From the NCBI GenBank assembly GCA_023380755.1, contig JAMCSD010000006.1, positions 316,735 to 380,734 on the forward strand: a stretch of DNA of 64,000 nucleotides. Reading direction: 5' to 3'. Both the position numbers and the translations under genes were made by a program. Shown here in pieces: positions 1 to 9,441 of this stretch (position 1 is the stretch's first letter; each line of letters begins with the position of its first letter). The notes under the pieces are model-generated. The model was given only the letters and a program-made list of their open reading frames with translations, ran no database searches and was not told the origin of the DNA. Source of the DNA: Patescibacteria group bacterium (GTDB lineage: Bacteria > Patescibacteriota > Microgenomatia > UBA12405).

Positions 1-495
1 GGTCCCAAAGGTTCCAAAAAGACCACCGACTTTGGTGTCCAATTACGCGCTAAGCAAAAAGCCAAGCGCATCTATGGCATCCTCGAAAAACAATTCAAAA
101 ATTACTATCTTAAAGCCAAAACCATGAAAGGAAAAGTTGGCGACAACCTGCTCTCCCTCCTTGAAAGGCGTTTAGACAATACTGTTTACGCTTTGGGTTT
201 AGGCCTTTCCCGGTCTCATTCCCGCCAGTTAGTCCTGCATAAATCAGTTTTAGTTAATGGTAAAGTCGTCAACATCCCTTCTTATCAGGTAAAGGTTGGT
301 GATGTTATCACCTTGGGGAGCAAGGCTCAGACAGATAATAACCTTAGCCGTTTCCGTGACAAGGACTATAAGTCGCCCCTGTGGTTAGAGGTTGACAAAA
401 CCAGAATTTCTGGCAAAATTACCGCATTCCCGTCTCGGGATGACGTTACTAATGAAATTAATGAAAATTTAATAATTGAATATTATTCAAGGTAA
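1..495 (+). CDS. rpsD: 30S ribosomal protein S4 (5'-truncated by window edge)
   Basis: Open frame from base 1 (QLRAKQKAKRIYG..EKQF), LERRLDN, SRQLV.H, C-terminal IIEYYSR; upstream of rpoA. Confidence 0.97.
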   Translation, partial: GPKGSKKTTDFGVQLRAKQKAKRIYGILEKQFKNYYLKAKTMKGKVGDNLLSLLERRLDNTVYALGLGLSRSHSRQLVLHKSVLVNGKVVNIPSYQVKVGDVITLGSKAQTDNNLSRFRDKDYKSPLWLEVDKTRISGKITAFPSRDDVTNEINENLIIEYYSR

Positions 496-509
496 AAAAA
501 AGGAGTCAC

Positions 510-1427
510 ATGCTCGACACGAGTAAGTTTCATGTTAAAACAGTCAAGCAAACCGCTACTTACGGTAAGTTTGAGATGAGTCCCTTAGTTGGCGGATTTG
601 GCCACACCATTGGTAACAGCCTTCGTCGTACTCTTCTAATTACCATTCCAGGCGCGGCCATTACCCGGGTCAAATTTGATGGTGCCAACCACCTGTTTAC
701 TACTCTTCCGGGAATCAAAGAAGATTTAGTTGAAGTTTCTCTTAACCTTAAAAAAGTCCGTTTTACTTACAACCAAAACGAACCTATTAGCTTGGTTCTC
801 GATAAAAAAGGGCCGGGAGTCGTCACCGCCGGTGATATCCAAGATACCACTACCTGCAAAGTAGCAAATCCGGATCAGGTCATTGCTACTTTAGCCGACC
901 ACAAATCCAACCTGCACATCGATCTGACCATCGAAAGGGGAGTGGGTTATTCCATGGCTAAGGAACAAAAAACTGATGTTATCGGTGAAATCATTCTTGA
1001 TGCTACATTCACCCCGGTGACTAAAGTTAATTATCAGGTTGAGCCTACCCGTTTAGGTAAAAAAAGTAATTACGATAAATTAACCGTCGAAATTTGGACT
1101 GATGGCTCAGTGGAACCGTTAACTTCTCTTAAATTAGCTACCAAAGACTTAATTTCCTCCTTATCTCAAATCGCCGATCCTAAGGAATTTGAAGAGGAAG
1201 TTGTCGCTATATCCACCGGTCCTGTTTCTCAAGGCTCCGACATCTCTATTGAGGAAATCGAATTACCTCTCCGGGTAATCAATGCTCTCAAGAAAGCCGG
1301 CTATTACAATATCGAAACTTTGATGAAGGCTGGTCGTTTGGAAGTTAGTAAAGCCAAAAATGTCGGTGAAAAATCACTCAAAATTATAGATTCATGGTTA
1401 AAGGAACGAGGTTTTGCCTGGAAATAA
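510..1427 (+). CDS. rpoA: RNA polymerase alpha subunit
   Basis: GFGHTIGNSLRRTLL, PVTKVNYQVE, YDKL..EIWTDGS, alpha-CTD; SD AGGAG. Confidence 0.98.
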   Translation: MLDTSKFHVKTVKQTATYGKFEMSPLVGGFGHTIGNSLRRTLLITIPGAAITRVKFDGANHLFTTLPGIKEDLVEVSLNLKKVRFTYNQNEPISLVLDKKGPGVVTAGDIQDTTTCKVANPDQVIATLADHKSNLHIDLTIERGVGYSMAKEQKTDVIGEIILDATFTPVTKVNYQVEPTRLGKKSNYDKLTVEIWTDGSVEPLTSLKLATKDLISSLSQIADPKEFEEEVVAISTGPVSQGSDISIEEIELPLRVINALKKAGYYNIETLMKAGRLEVSKAKNVGEKSLKIIDSWLKERGFAWK

Positions 1428-1441
1428 GCTCGGTAATTCTT

Positions 1442-1894
1442 ATGCGTCATCGTAATTTTGGTAAAAAACTTGGTCGTAATCATAACCAGCGGCAGGCTTT
1501 ATTTAAAACTCTGGCCCGCCAACTGTTTACTTATGGGGCCCTGGAAACTACGGCGGCTAAATCGGCTGCAGTCCGTCCTTATGTCGACAAATTAGCCCAT
1601 AAAATCCTTCGCCAAGACCTAATCAGTTATCGGGATGTTGATGCCGCTTTCCAAGATCGTCAGCTTGTTAACCAATTAATGACCCAATTCTCGGCTGCTT
1701 TTGCTGGTCACCAAGGTGCTTTCCTCAAGGAAGAAAAAATTAAGCGCCGCCAGGGTGATGATGCTCTCATCGTCAAACTCTCTTTTGTTAAACCCTTCAA
1801 GTTACAGTTAGTCGAATCCAAGAAAACTCCAGAGCCGAAGAAAACTGTCGAAAAAAAACCCAAAACAGTTAAAGAAAAGGAAACTGCTAAATGA
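1442..1894 (+). CDS. rplQ: 50S ribosomal protein L17
   Basis: MRHRNFGKKLGRNHNQRQAL, RRQGD; start moved to ATG 1442. Confidence 0.96.
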   Translation: MRHRNFGKKLGRNHNQRQALFKTLARQLFTYGALETTAAKSAAVRPYVDKLAHKILRQDLISYRDVDAAFQDRQLVNQLMTQFSAAFAGHQGAFLKEEKIKRRQGDDALIVKLSFVKPFKLQLVESKKTPEPKKTVEKKPKTVKEKETAK

Positions 1895-2316
1895 AACCTA
1901 CTACTTTAGTCCAATCAGGTAAAAACATTCAGCGTCAGTGGCATCTGGTTGATGCCAGCTCCGAAACCTTAGGCCGGGTGGCGACCAAAATTGCCGCTCT
2001 GTTAATTGGCAAAGATAAACCTGGTTTTTCTTACCATCTCGACCAGGGCGATTATGTCGTGGCTGTTAATACTGACGAGATCCAATCCACCGGCCGTAAA
2101 CTGCGCCAAAAAATTTATCACTTCCATTCAGCTTATGCTGGCAATATGAAGGAATTTTCCCTTCAGGAAATGCTTCAAAAAGATTCCCGCCAGGTACTCT
2201 ATCACGCTGTCTTGGGCATGATCCCCAAAAACCGTCTTCGTGATCAACGGATGGCCAGGCTGAAACTTTTTCCCACCGCCCAACATAGTTATCAAGATAA
2301 GTTAAAGAAAGAATAA
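1891..2316 (+). CDS. rplM: 50S ribosomal protein L13
   Basis: WHLVDA..LGRVA..IA..L.GK.KP, D.GDYVV.VN, GMIPKN. Confidence 0.97.
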   Translation: MKPTTLVQSGKNIQRQWHLVDASSETLGRVATKIAALLIGKDKPGFSYHLDQGDYVVAVNTDEIQSTGRKLRQKIYHFHSAYAGNMKEFSLQEMLQKDSRQVLYHAVLGMIPKNRLRDQRMARLKLFPTAQHSYQDKLKKE

Positions 2317-2317
2317 C

Positions 2318-2731
2318 ATGCCAAAAACTACCGCCAAAAAAGATCATTATACTTTTGCTGTTGGCCGGCGCAAATCCGCTATCGCTACGGTCAAACTTTT
2401 CCCGGGGAAAGGGGAATCTAAAGTCAACAATCAATCGGTTGATAAATATTTTTCGGCTGTCTTTTATCACCAACAATATAACAAGCCCTTTGAGGTTACT
2501 CATACCGCCGATAAGTTCTATTATTCCGCTTCTGTTTCCGGTGGCGGTAAAAACGGCCAAATCGAAGCTTTAACAGTGGCTTTATCCCGGGCTCTAAAAG
2601 AAGCCAGTTCCGAATATACCGCTCCCTTGCGAGCCGCCTCTTTAGTGACCATCGACGCCCGCGTCCGCGAACGCCGCAAAATTGGTACTGGCGGTAAAGC
2701 TCGTCGTGCTAAGCAATCACCAAAGCGTTAA
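2318..2731 (+). CDS. rpsI: 30S ribosomal protein S9
   Basis: GRRKSAIA, GGGKNGQ, DARVRERRK, KARRAKQSPKR. Confidence 0.97.
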   Translation: MPKTTAKKDHYTFAVGRRKSAIATVKLFPGKGESKVNNQSVDKYFSAVFYHQQYNKPFEVTHTADKFYYSASVSGGGKNGQIEALTVALSRALKEASSEYTAPLRAASLVTIDARVRERRKIGTGGKARRAKQSPKR

Positions 2732-2893
2732 TCAGCAATCTCCTAACCTGCGTTCTAGCCTATCTTTAATTAACCTTTGCCAGGTCCGCGAGGCTCGAGT
2801 TAGCATCCTCAGGTGTTTTCTGTCTTCTTTTAATTCTTCGTTTTGGGAGTTCAACCGCTGCAATTTTTCTTTTATGAATTCATCTATTTCCAT
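2732..2893 (-). CDS. small coiled-coil hypothetical protein (53 aa, not in ORF track)
   Basis: Own translation MEIDEFIKEKLQRLNSQNEELKEDRKHLRMLTRASRTWQRLIKDRLERRLGDC; GGAGG just upstream; fills the gap convergent with rpsI. Confidence 0.55.
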   Translation of the reverse strand: MEIDEFIKEKLQRLNSQNEELKEDRKHLRMLTRASRTWQRLIKDRLERRLGDC

Positions 2894-2961
2894 ATCCTCC
2901 TTTAGTATACCTCAACTCATAAATTTGAAGTAGTACATATAAATTATGTATAATTCAGCCT

Positions 2962-3492
2962 ATGTATCACGACTTGCCTATCGGGCCGAAAGCCCCCAAA
3001 TTAGTTAATGCGGTAATCGAGATCTCTAAAGGATCTCATAATAAATATGAATTCGATCAAAAATATGGCGTTATCCGTCTCGACCGGGTCCTCCATTCCC
3101 CATTCTTTTATCCCGTTGATTACGGCTATATTCCCGAAACTCACGCCGCTGACGGTGACCACCTGGATATTATGATTTACAACGAATCAGTGCTTATCCC
3201 CGGCTGTCTCGTGACTGCCCGGCCGGTCGGCGTTCTCTTAATGGAAGATGAGAATGGAGAAGATGAAAAAATCTTGGCTGTGGCTCAAAAAAATCCCCTA
3301 CAGCACCATATTCATAACCTCAAAGATATCCCGCCGCATTTCCTAAAAGAAGTTTCTCATTTTTTTACTGAATATAAACGCCTCGAAATCGGCAAGCATG
3401 TTAAGGTCAAATCCTGGAAAGATGTGGAAACTGCTTATAAAGTCATTTCCCGGTCTTACGAGCAGTATAAAAGTAATGATAAGATTACCTAA
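2962..3492 (+). CDS. ppa: family I inorganic pyrophosphatase
   Basis: EISKGS.NKYE, LDRVL, YP.DYGYIP, DGDHLD, DENGEDEK. Confidence 0.97.
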   Translation: MYHDLPIGPKAPKLVNAVIEISKGSHNKYEFDQKYGVIRLDRVLHSPFFYPVDYGYIPETHAADGDHLDIMIYNESVLIPGCLVTARPVGVLLMEDENGEDEKILAVAQKNPLQHHIHNLKDIPPHFLKEVSHFFTEYKRLEIGKHVKVKSWKDVETAYKVISRSYEQYKSNDKIT

Positions 3493-3503
3493 GGAGGTAA
3501 TTT

Positions 3504-3755
3504 ATGGCCAAAACTAAAGTTGGAGTGGTCACTCACTACTTTGACAAGATTGGCGTTGCTGTTCTAAAAGTCACTCAAGGGACAGTCAGGGTCGGCGATA
3601 CGATTCAAATTGGTGAAGATGAACAGGGCTTTTCCCAAGTCGTCGACTCCATGCAGGTTGATCATGCCAGTGTTTCCACTGCTAAAAAAGGCGACGAGGT
3701 CGGCCTGAAGGTCAGCCAGCCCGCCAAACATCACGAAAACGTCTATAAAGCATAG
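3504..3755 (+). CDS. small EF-Tu domain II-like / U32 C-terminal-like beta-barrel protein
   Basis: VGVVTHYFDKIGVAV...VGD.I...QVV.SMQVD....A.KGDEVGLKV; SD AAGGAGG. Confidence 0.75.
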   Translation: MAKTKVGVVTHYFDKIGVAVLKVTQGTVRVGDTIQIGEDEQGFSQVVDSMQVDHASVSTAKKGDEVGLKVSQPAKHHENVYKA

Positions 3756-3806
3756 AACTTTAACTCCTACTAAAATACTGAGATAATTAGTAAGGGAGGT
3801 GATGTG

Positions 3807-4052
3807 ATGGCTGCTAAATTGATCGGCCACATTGTCCGTTACTTAAATCAATACAGTGTTGGACTGGTGGATATTACCGAGGACGAGATTTTAAGTTTAG
3901 GGGATACAGTCGAGATCGGTAATGGTTACACTCAAAAAGTGTCCTATTTAGAGGTTAACCGCCGGGCGGTTAACCAGGCGCGTCGGGGGGATGTGGCTGC
4001 TCTGAAAGTCGACCGCCAAGTCTCCGAAGGTGACATGGTTTATAAACTGTAA
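3807..4052 (+). CDS. paralog of the preceding EF-Tu domain II-like small protein
   Basis: IGHIVRY...VGLV...LGD.V...QKV.YLEVN....ARRGDV.ALKVD..V.EGD.VYK; SD GGAGGT. Confidence 0.7.
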   Translation: MAAKLIGHIVRYLNQYSVGLVDITEDEILSLGDTVEIGNGYTQKVSYLEVNRRAVNQARRGDVAALKVDRQVSEGDMVYKL

Positions 4053-4061
4053 TCTTATTTG

Positions 4062-4135
4062 TCGGGGATACTGGATTCGAACCAGCAACCTCACGCACCC
4101 CATACGTGCGCGCTAGCCAATTGCGCCAATCCCCG
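4062..4135 (-). tRNA. tRNA-Pro(GGG), CCA not encoded
   Basis: Reverse strand CGGGGAT...ATCCCCG acceptor stem, anticodon arm CACGT-ATGGGGT-GCGTG, T-loop GTTCGAATC. Confidence 0.95.
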
Positions 4136-4315
4136 AATAAAAAAGGGTGTTTTTAAACACTCGTATTGTACCAATCCGGCCATTCATTTACCAGTTTAAA
4201 TAAAAAATAAATATCTTCGGCTTTTCTTCGGTTTTCCCCCTTGACGTAATGGTAGGGAATTGCTTTAATAATGTGCACCTCGATTATTTTATTTAAGTGT
4301 GTAAAGGAGTTCTCT

Positions 4316-5431
4316 ATGGGTCGTCCACCGAAAATAGTTACCAATAGTCCTGTCGTTAATCAAAACAATAGTTCCGTTACTTCAAAAAAATTAGAAGCTG
4401 TCAAAATTGCCATGCAGCAAATCACCAAAGCTTATGGTGAAGGCTCCATTATGCGCATGGGCCAGGTCGATCAAACTAAAGGTATCGATGTGGTGGCCAC
4501 TGGCTGTTTACCCCTTGATCTCGCCCTCGGCGTTGGCGGTATTCCCCGCGGCCGAATTACCGAGATCTTTGGGCCGGAAGCCTCAGGGAAAACTACCGTT
4601 TGCTTGCATACCGTTGCCGAAGCCCAAAAAGCCGGCGGCACCGCCGCTTTTATTGACGCGGAGCACGCTCTGGACCCTCAACGGGCGGCTACTATCGGCG
4701 TTAATTTAGATGATTTGCTCATTTCCCAGCCGGATAGCGGTGAACAAGCATTGCAAATCGTGGAAACGTTAGTCCGTTCTAATGCCGTCGACGTCATCGT
4801 CATCGATTCTGTCGCCGCCTTGGTTCCCAAAGCGGAAATCGAAGGCGAAATGGGGGATGCCATGGTTGGTGTCCAGGCCCGGTTAATGTCCCAGGCCTTA
4901 CGTAAATTAACGGGCGCTATCTCCAAATCTAATTGTGCTGTCATCTTTACTAACCAGCTACGCCAAAAGATCGGCATTATGTTTGGCAATCCCGAGACCA
5001 CTCCCGGTGGACTCGCTATGAAATTCTACGCTTCTGTCCGGATCGATGTTCGTAAAATTGCCAATATTAAGACCAGTGCGGGTGATATTATTGGTTCCCA
5101 GCACCGGGCCCGAATCGTCAAAAATAAAATTGCGCCGCCTTTTAAAGAAGCCGAGTTTGACATTATGAATACCGAAGGTATCTCGATTACTGGAGGTTTG
5201 GTCGACTTGGGTGTCCAATACGGGGTTATCTCTAAGTCTGGTTCTTTCTTTAAATATAAAGACGAACCCATTGGCCAAGGCCGGGAAACTGCCAAAGCCT
5301 ACCTTAAAGACCACCCAGTGCTGATGAAGGAAGTTCGGGAAAAAATTTGGGCCAATGCTCACAATCCTGAATTAATCAAAACCCTCCAAGCCGCTGGAGA
5401 TATGGGCAATGCCAACAATAGCGAAGCTTAA
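4316..5431 (+). CDS. recA: recombinase RecA
   Basis: [10 protein letters not shown]-loop, [35 protein letters not shown] before ATG 4316. Confidence 0.99.
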   Translation: MGRPPKIVTNSPVVNQNNSSVTSKKLEAVKIAMQQITKAYGEGSIMRMGQVDQTKGIDVVATGCLPLDLALGVGGIPRGRITEIFGPEASGKTTVCLHTVAEAQKAGGTAAFIDAEHALDPQRAATIGVNLDDLLISQPDSGEQALQIVETLVRSNAVDVIVIDSVAALVPKAEIEGEMGDAMVGVQARLMSQALRKLTGAISKSNCAVIFTNQLRQKIGIMFGNPETTPGGLAMKFYASVRIDVRKIANIKTSAGDIIGSQHRARIVKNKIAPPFKEAEFDIMNTEGISITGGLVDLGVQYGVISKSGSFFKYKDEPIGQGRETAKAYLKDHPVLMKEVREKIWANAHNPELIKTLQAAGDMGNANNSEA

Positions 5432-6053
5432 ATCCCTCCCCTCGGGCCATTCCTGTTGGGTGGAGTTTTCCAATCAGAAACTATTGCGGCTTCCCTTGGA
5501 CCTGGTGGTTAAAGAACATTTAACCACCGGTCTCCAACTCTCTTTACCCCGTTACCGCCGCTTACTCCGTAAAAGTATCCGTTATCGTTTAAAAGAATAT
5601 GCCCTCAATCAAATTGCCTTATCCCCCAAAACCGAATTCCTCCTCCGGCAAAAGCTCAAACTGTTTTGCCTCAAACACCATCTTCAAGCTTCCCGAACCA
5701 TTGAGTTTGTGGTTAAGATAGTCAAAGGCCATGGTTTTTTGGATAATGAAAAATTTGTCAATCATTATCTGGCTAAATTTCCACGAAAATCATTAGCTAT
5801 GCTCAAGTTTGAACTGGCTGCCAAAGGCGTTCCCCGGCCGGTAATTGATTCCTTGGTTCGGGTGGATCCGGCATCTTCGCGACAAGCTATTTTTGCCATT
5901 TTACGCCGTCGTCACGCCACCTCTCAAAGTCTTGGTGATCTTCGAGAAAAAAACCGTATCCTAAGCGCTATTTTACGAAAAGGTTTTACCCTAGATGAGG
6001 CCAAATCTGCCATTGACGAATACCTTAATTCTGCATATAATAAACTACCCTAA
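5409..6053 (+). CDS. recX: RecX family regulator
   Basis: Directly downstream of rec[23 protein letters not shown] motifs. Confidence 0.8.
   Translation: MPTIAKLKSLPSGHSCWVEFSNQKLLRLPLDLVVKEHLTTGLQLSLPRYRRLLRKSIRYRLKEYALNQIALSPKTEFLLRQKLKLFCLKHHLQASRTIEFVVKIVKGHGFLDNEKFVNHYLAKFPRKSLAMLKFELAAKGVPRPVIDSLVRVDPASSRQAIFAILRRRHATSQSLGDLREKNRILSAILRKGFTLDEAKSAIDEYLNSAYNKLP
6013..6041 (+). promoter_or_regulatory. sigma70-type promoter for rny
   Basis: TTGACG-17 bp-TATAAT. Confidence 0.75.
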
Positions 6054-6173
6054 TTTAACGTTTACTTTATTAATTACATTCTTAAACCCAACGCCAACTA
6101 TGTCACCTACCTTGTCAATTTTCCCGTGTTTTCGAGTTGATTAAGGGCGTCTGGTCAAGAATGAGGAGGTTTT

Positions 6174-7748
6174 ATGTTCAATTTTCTTACTTCAGTTAAG
6201 AGTTTATTTGGCACGTCTCCTGTATCTCTACCTAAAGAGACTAATAATGCTAAAGAATCCGACAATGAATCTGATTCGGTTAAAAATCGGGCTGTTTTTG
6301 TCTCTACTAAAACCAAACCTACGGCTAAAAGCAAACCAGCGGCTCCTGCTATCAAAGCTCCCGTAGTTGATCAGGCGGTCGTCGATCGGGTTCTGGAAAA
6401 CGCTAAAAGAATCGAATCCGAAGCCAAAATTAAAGAAAAAGAAATTTTTCAGCGGTTATCGTCGCTCGATGAAAAAGAACGCTACCTCATCCAAAAAGAA
6501 AAAACTGTTGACCAGATCACAACTGATCTTAAATCAAAGCAAGAATCCATTGAAGAGCTTTATCGCAAGCAATTAGAAAAGCTCGAGCAAATTTCCGGTT
6601 TAGATGTGGAAAAAGCCAAGCAGCTTATTCTCTCCAGCACCGAAAAAAAAATGGCTTCTTGGATCGCCAAAAAGGTGGCTGAAGCCAAAGACTCAATCAA
6701 GCAGCAGGAAGACGAAATTTCCAAGGAAGTTCTCGTGGATGCTATCCGCCATGCCGTGACTGATTATGTGGCTGAATATACCGTCTCTACCATCAGCCTA
6801 GCCGATGAAAAGGTTAAAGGCAAAATTATCGGAAAGGAAGGCCGTAATATCCGTGCCTTCGAAAAGGCTACCGGAGTTGAGCTGGAACTTGACGAAAGTA
6901 ATGATATCCGCATTTCCTCATTTGATTCAGTGCGGCGGGAAGTTGCTCGTATTGCCCTGGAAAAACTGATCAAAGATGGCCGTATCCAACCGATGCGCAT
7001 TGAACAATTAGTGGCCCAAACTAAAAACGAGATGGATAAGATCCTGCTAACCGAAGGTAAACGGATTTGCCAAGAAGTCGGTGTCTTTAATCTGCCAATT
7101 GATCTGATTAAATTTATCGGGAAATACAAATACCGCTTCTCCTATGGCCAAAATTTGGCTCTCCATACTATCGAGGCTACCAAAATTGCCACTAACATCG
7201 CCTACGAATTACGTGCTGATGTTAACACCGTTAAGTTGGGAGCCCTACTTCATGACATCGGCAAAGTGATTACCGATCAAGAGGGAACCCATATTGATTT
7301 AGGAGTTGACCTCTTGCGCCAATACAAAATTTCCGAAAAGGTTATTGCCTGTGTTGCCGAACATCATGAGGGCCAGGAATTCTCTAGTCCCGAGTCAGTT
7401 ATCGTCTACATTGGCGATGCTGCCTCTGGTGCCCGGCCTGGCGCCCGTTACGAAGTCCATGAAGAATACCTGAAACGTATGAAAAACATTGAAGAAATTG
7501 CCAAATCGTTCCCCGGAGTTATCAGTGTCGCTGCTTACCAGGCTGGGCGTGAGGTGATGGTAATCGTGGAACCATCCATAGTAAACGACAACGAACTCAC
7601 GGTCTTAAGCCAAAACATTGCCGAGAAACTCGACGAAGAGGCCAAATGGGCTGGCCAAATAAGAGTCACTTGCGTTCGGGAGTCAAGAAGCAGTAGCATC
7701 ATATTAGGCAGTAAGATCAGTAAAAATGCGGTAAAAGGCACCGCTTAA
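6174..7748 (+). CDS. rny: ribonuclease Y
   Basis: Coiled coil, KH domain KGKIIGKEGRNIR, HD domain LLHDIGK, SGARPGAR, YQAGRE. Confidence 0.97.
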   Translation: MFNFLTSVKSLFGTSPVSLPKETNNAKESDNESDSVKNRAVFVSTKTKPTAKSKPAAPAIKAPVVDQAVVDRVLENAKRIESEAKIKEKEIFQRLSSLDEKERYLIQKEKTVDQITTDLKSKQESIEELYRKQLEKLEQISGLDVEKAKQLILSSTEKKMASWIAKKVAEAKDSIKQQEDEISKEVLVDAIRHAVTDYVAEYTVSTISLADEKVKGKIIGKEGRNIRAFEKATGVELELDESNDIRISSFDSVRREVARIALEKLIKDGRIQPMRIEQLVAQTKNEMDKILLTEGKRICQEVGVFNLPIDLIKFIGKYKYRFSYGQNLALHTIEATKIATNIAYELRADVNTVKLGALLHDIGKVITDQEGTHIDLGVDLLRQYKISEKVIACVAEHHEGQEFSSPESVIVYIGDAASGARPGARYEVHEEYLKRMKNIEEIAKSFPGVISVAAYQAGREVMVIVEPSIVNDNELTVLSQNIAEKLDEEAKWAGQIRVTCVRESRSSSIILGSKISKNAVKGTA

Positions 7749-7809
7749 TGCTTGCTAATGCCGTTTTTTCCACTAGAATAAAAAGTGAATTATAAATTTA
7801 GTCAAATGT

Positions 7810-8082
7810 ATGACCAAAAAAGATCTCATCGAAGTTGTAGCTCAAAAAGCTAAACTCAGCAAAAAAGCAGCCAAGGGTGCTGTTGAAACCTTTTTAAATG
7901 AAATCATGAAATCCCTTTCAGGTGGCGAAGTCGTGAAGCTATCCGGTTTCGGAACCTTCAAGACCAAAATGTTTAAGGGTAAGACCATCAAAGCCATCGG
8001 TTCTAAGGAAGCCAAGAAAATCGTTGCCCGCCGCATGCCCCGCTATATTCCCGGTACCAAGATCAAGAAAATGGTCAAGTAA
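7810..8082 (+). CDS. hup: HU/IHF family DNA-binding protein
   Basis: MTKKDLI..VA, V.LSGFGTF. Confidence 0.92.
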   Translation: MTKKDLIEVVAQKAKLSKKAAKGAVETFLNEIMKSLSGGEVVKLSGFGTFKTKMFKGKTIKAIGSKEAKKIVARRMPRYIPGTKIKKMVK

Positions 8083-8103
8083 TTCCAGTTTATTGTCTAG
8101 GTG

Positions 8104-8130
8104 AAACTCCTCCGTCTCGGAGGAGTTTTT
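8104..8130 (+). terminator. intrinsic terminator after HU
   Basis: AAACTCCTCCG-TCT-CGGAGGAGTTT followed by T run. Confidence 0.85.
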
Positions 8131-8144
8131 GGTTTTATATCCAG

Positions 8145-8160
8145 AGTGAAATATATCATA
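8145..8160. promoter_or_regulatory. putative CRP-type operator
   Basis: AGTGA-AATATA-TCATA (8/10 to TGTGA-N6-TCACA), upstream of -10 TACAAT at 8182-8187. Confidence 0.45.
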
Positions 8161-8224
8161 GTACATAACTTCTCTATCCCATACAATAAAGATACCTAAT
8201 TGTTCAATTCGGGAGGTGAAGAAG

Positions 8225-8344
8225 ATGAGGAAAAAGCCCCTCTTAGTCAAAAAGGACAAAGACTCCGATATCCCGAAGATTGTGATTATCAGGTATAACG
8301 GTGGTAACGGTAACCACTCCGATGGCAGCGAATCTCGGGAATAG
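8225..8344 (+). CDS. 39-aa small protein (not in ORF track)
   Basis: MRKKPLLVKKDKDSDIPKIVIIRYNGGNGNHSDGSESRE with strong SD GGAGGTG and upstream -10. Confidence 0.5.
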   Translation: MRKKPLLVKKDKDSDIPKIVIIRYNGGNGNHSDGSESRE

Positions 8345-8362
8345 GAATGATAAAATACCTTC

Positions 8363-9433
8363 ATGTCATTATCTATCGGTATTGTTGGCCTTCCCAACGT
8401 TGGCAAATCAACGCTTTTTAATGCCATATTGGGCAAACAGGTTGCTGATGCCAGTAATTACCCGTTTTGTACTATCGACCCCAACGTGGGGGTGGTGGAG
8501 GTCCCTGATGTCAAACTTCCCGTTTTGGCCAATATCGTCAAGACTGAAAAAATCGTCCCGGCCGCTGTCCAGTTTGTCGATATCGCCGGTCTCGTTAAGG
8601 GTGCCTCCCAGGGTGAGGGGTTAGGGAATAAATTTTTAACCAATATTCGTGATTGCGATGCTATATGTCATGTCATTCGGGCTTTTTCCGACCCCAATAT
8701 TATTAAAGAAGGCTCGGTTAATCCTCAAGGCGATTTTGAAGTCATCTGCGCTGAATTAATTATCAAGGACTTAGAGACCATCGATAAATACCTCGATAGC
8801 AGCAAAAATAATCCCAAGGAAAAAACTTCCAAAAAATTCCTTTTAGCCCAACTCCTCAAAACCGAACTGGAAAAAGGGGTTTTGGCGATTAACATTAATC
8901 TCGACGATGACCAAAAAGCTCTCCTCAGGGAATTCTTTCTCCTCACTGCTAAGCCTTATTTCCTTGTGGCCAATGTTGATGAGGACACTTATACCAATAT
9001 TCGTAACTGGAAATTAAATATTAGTCACTTTGATAAAGTCGTTCCGGTCTGTGCCAAAATTGAATTTGAACTTTCTGAACTCCCCCCGGCTGACCAGAAA
9101 AAATACCTCCAGGAACTGGGCATGGAGCACTCCGGTCTGGAACGGGTGATTCAAAAAGCTTATGAGACCCTTGGTCTGCAATCCTACTATACCGCCGGAG
9201 TCAAGGAAGCCCGGGCCTGGACGATTCACCAGGGAGACCGTGCCCCTCAGGCTGCCGGTGTCATTCACACTGATTTTGAAAGGGGATTCATTATGGCCGA
9301 TATTGTCTCCTATGAGGACTTTGTCGCTTACCATGGCTGGCTTGGTGCCAAAACTGCCGGTAAGTTACGCCAGGAAGGCAAAGATTATATTATGAAGCCC
9401 GACGATATTGTTGAATTTAAATTTAATGTTTAA
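8363..9433 (+). CDS. ychF: redox-regulated ATPase YchF
   Basis: [44 protein letters not shown] domain. Confidence 0.99.
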   Translation: MSLSIGIVGLPNVGKSTLFNAILGKQVADASNYPFCTIDPNVGVVEVPDVKLPVLANIVKTEKIVPAAVQFVDIAGLVKGASQGEGLGNKFLTNIRDCDAICHVIRAFSDPNIIKEGSVNPQGDFEVICAELIIKDLETIDKYLDSSKNNPKEKTSKKFLLAQLLKTELEKGVLAININLDDDQKALLREFFLLTAKPYFLVANVDEDTYTNIRNWKLNISHFDKVVPVCAKIEFELSELPPADQKKYLQELGMEHSGLERVIQKAYETLGLQSYYTAGVKEARAWTIHQGDRAPQAAGVIHTDFERGFIMADIVSYEDFVAYHGWLGAKTAGKLRQEGKDYIMKPDDIVEFKFNV

Positions 9434-9441
9434 ATTCTGTC

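Noticed and set aside
7939..8436. 165-aa minus-strand ORF
   Set aside because: Antisense to HU, a terminator and ychF; no recognisable motifs
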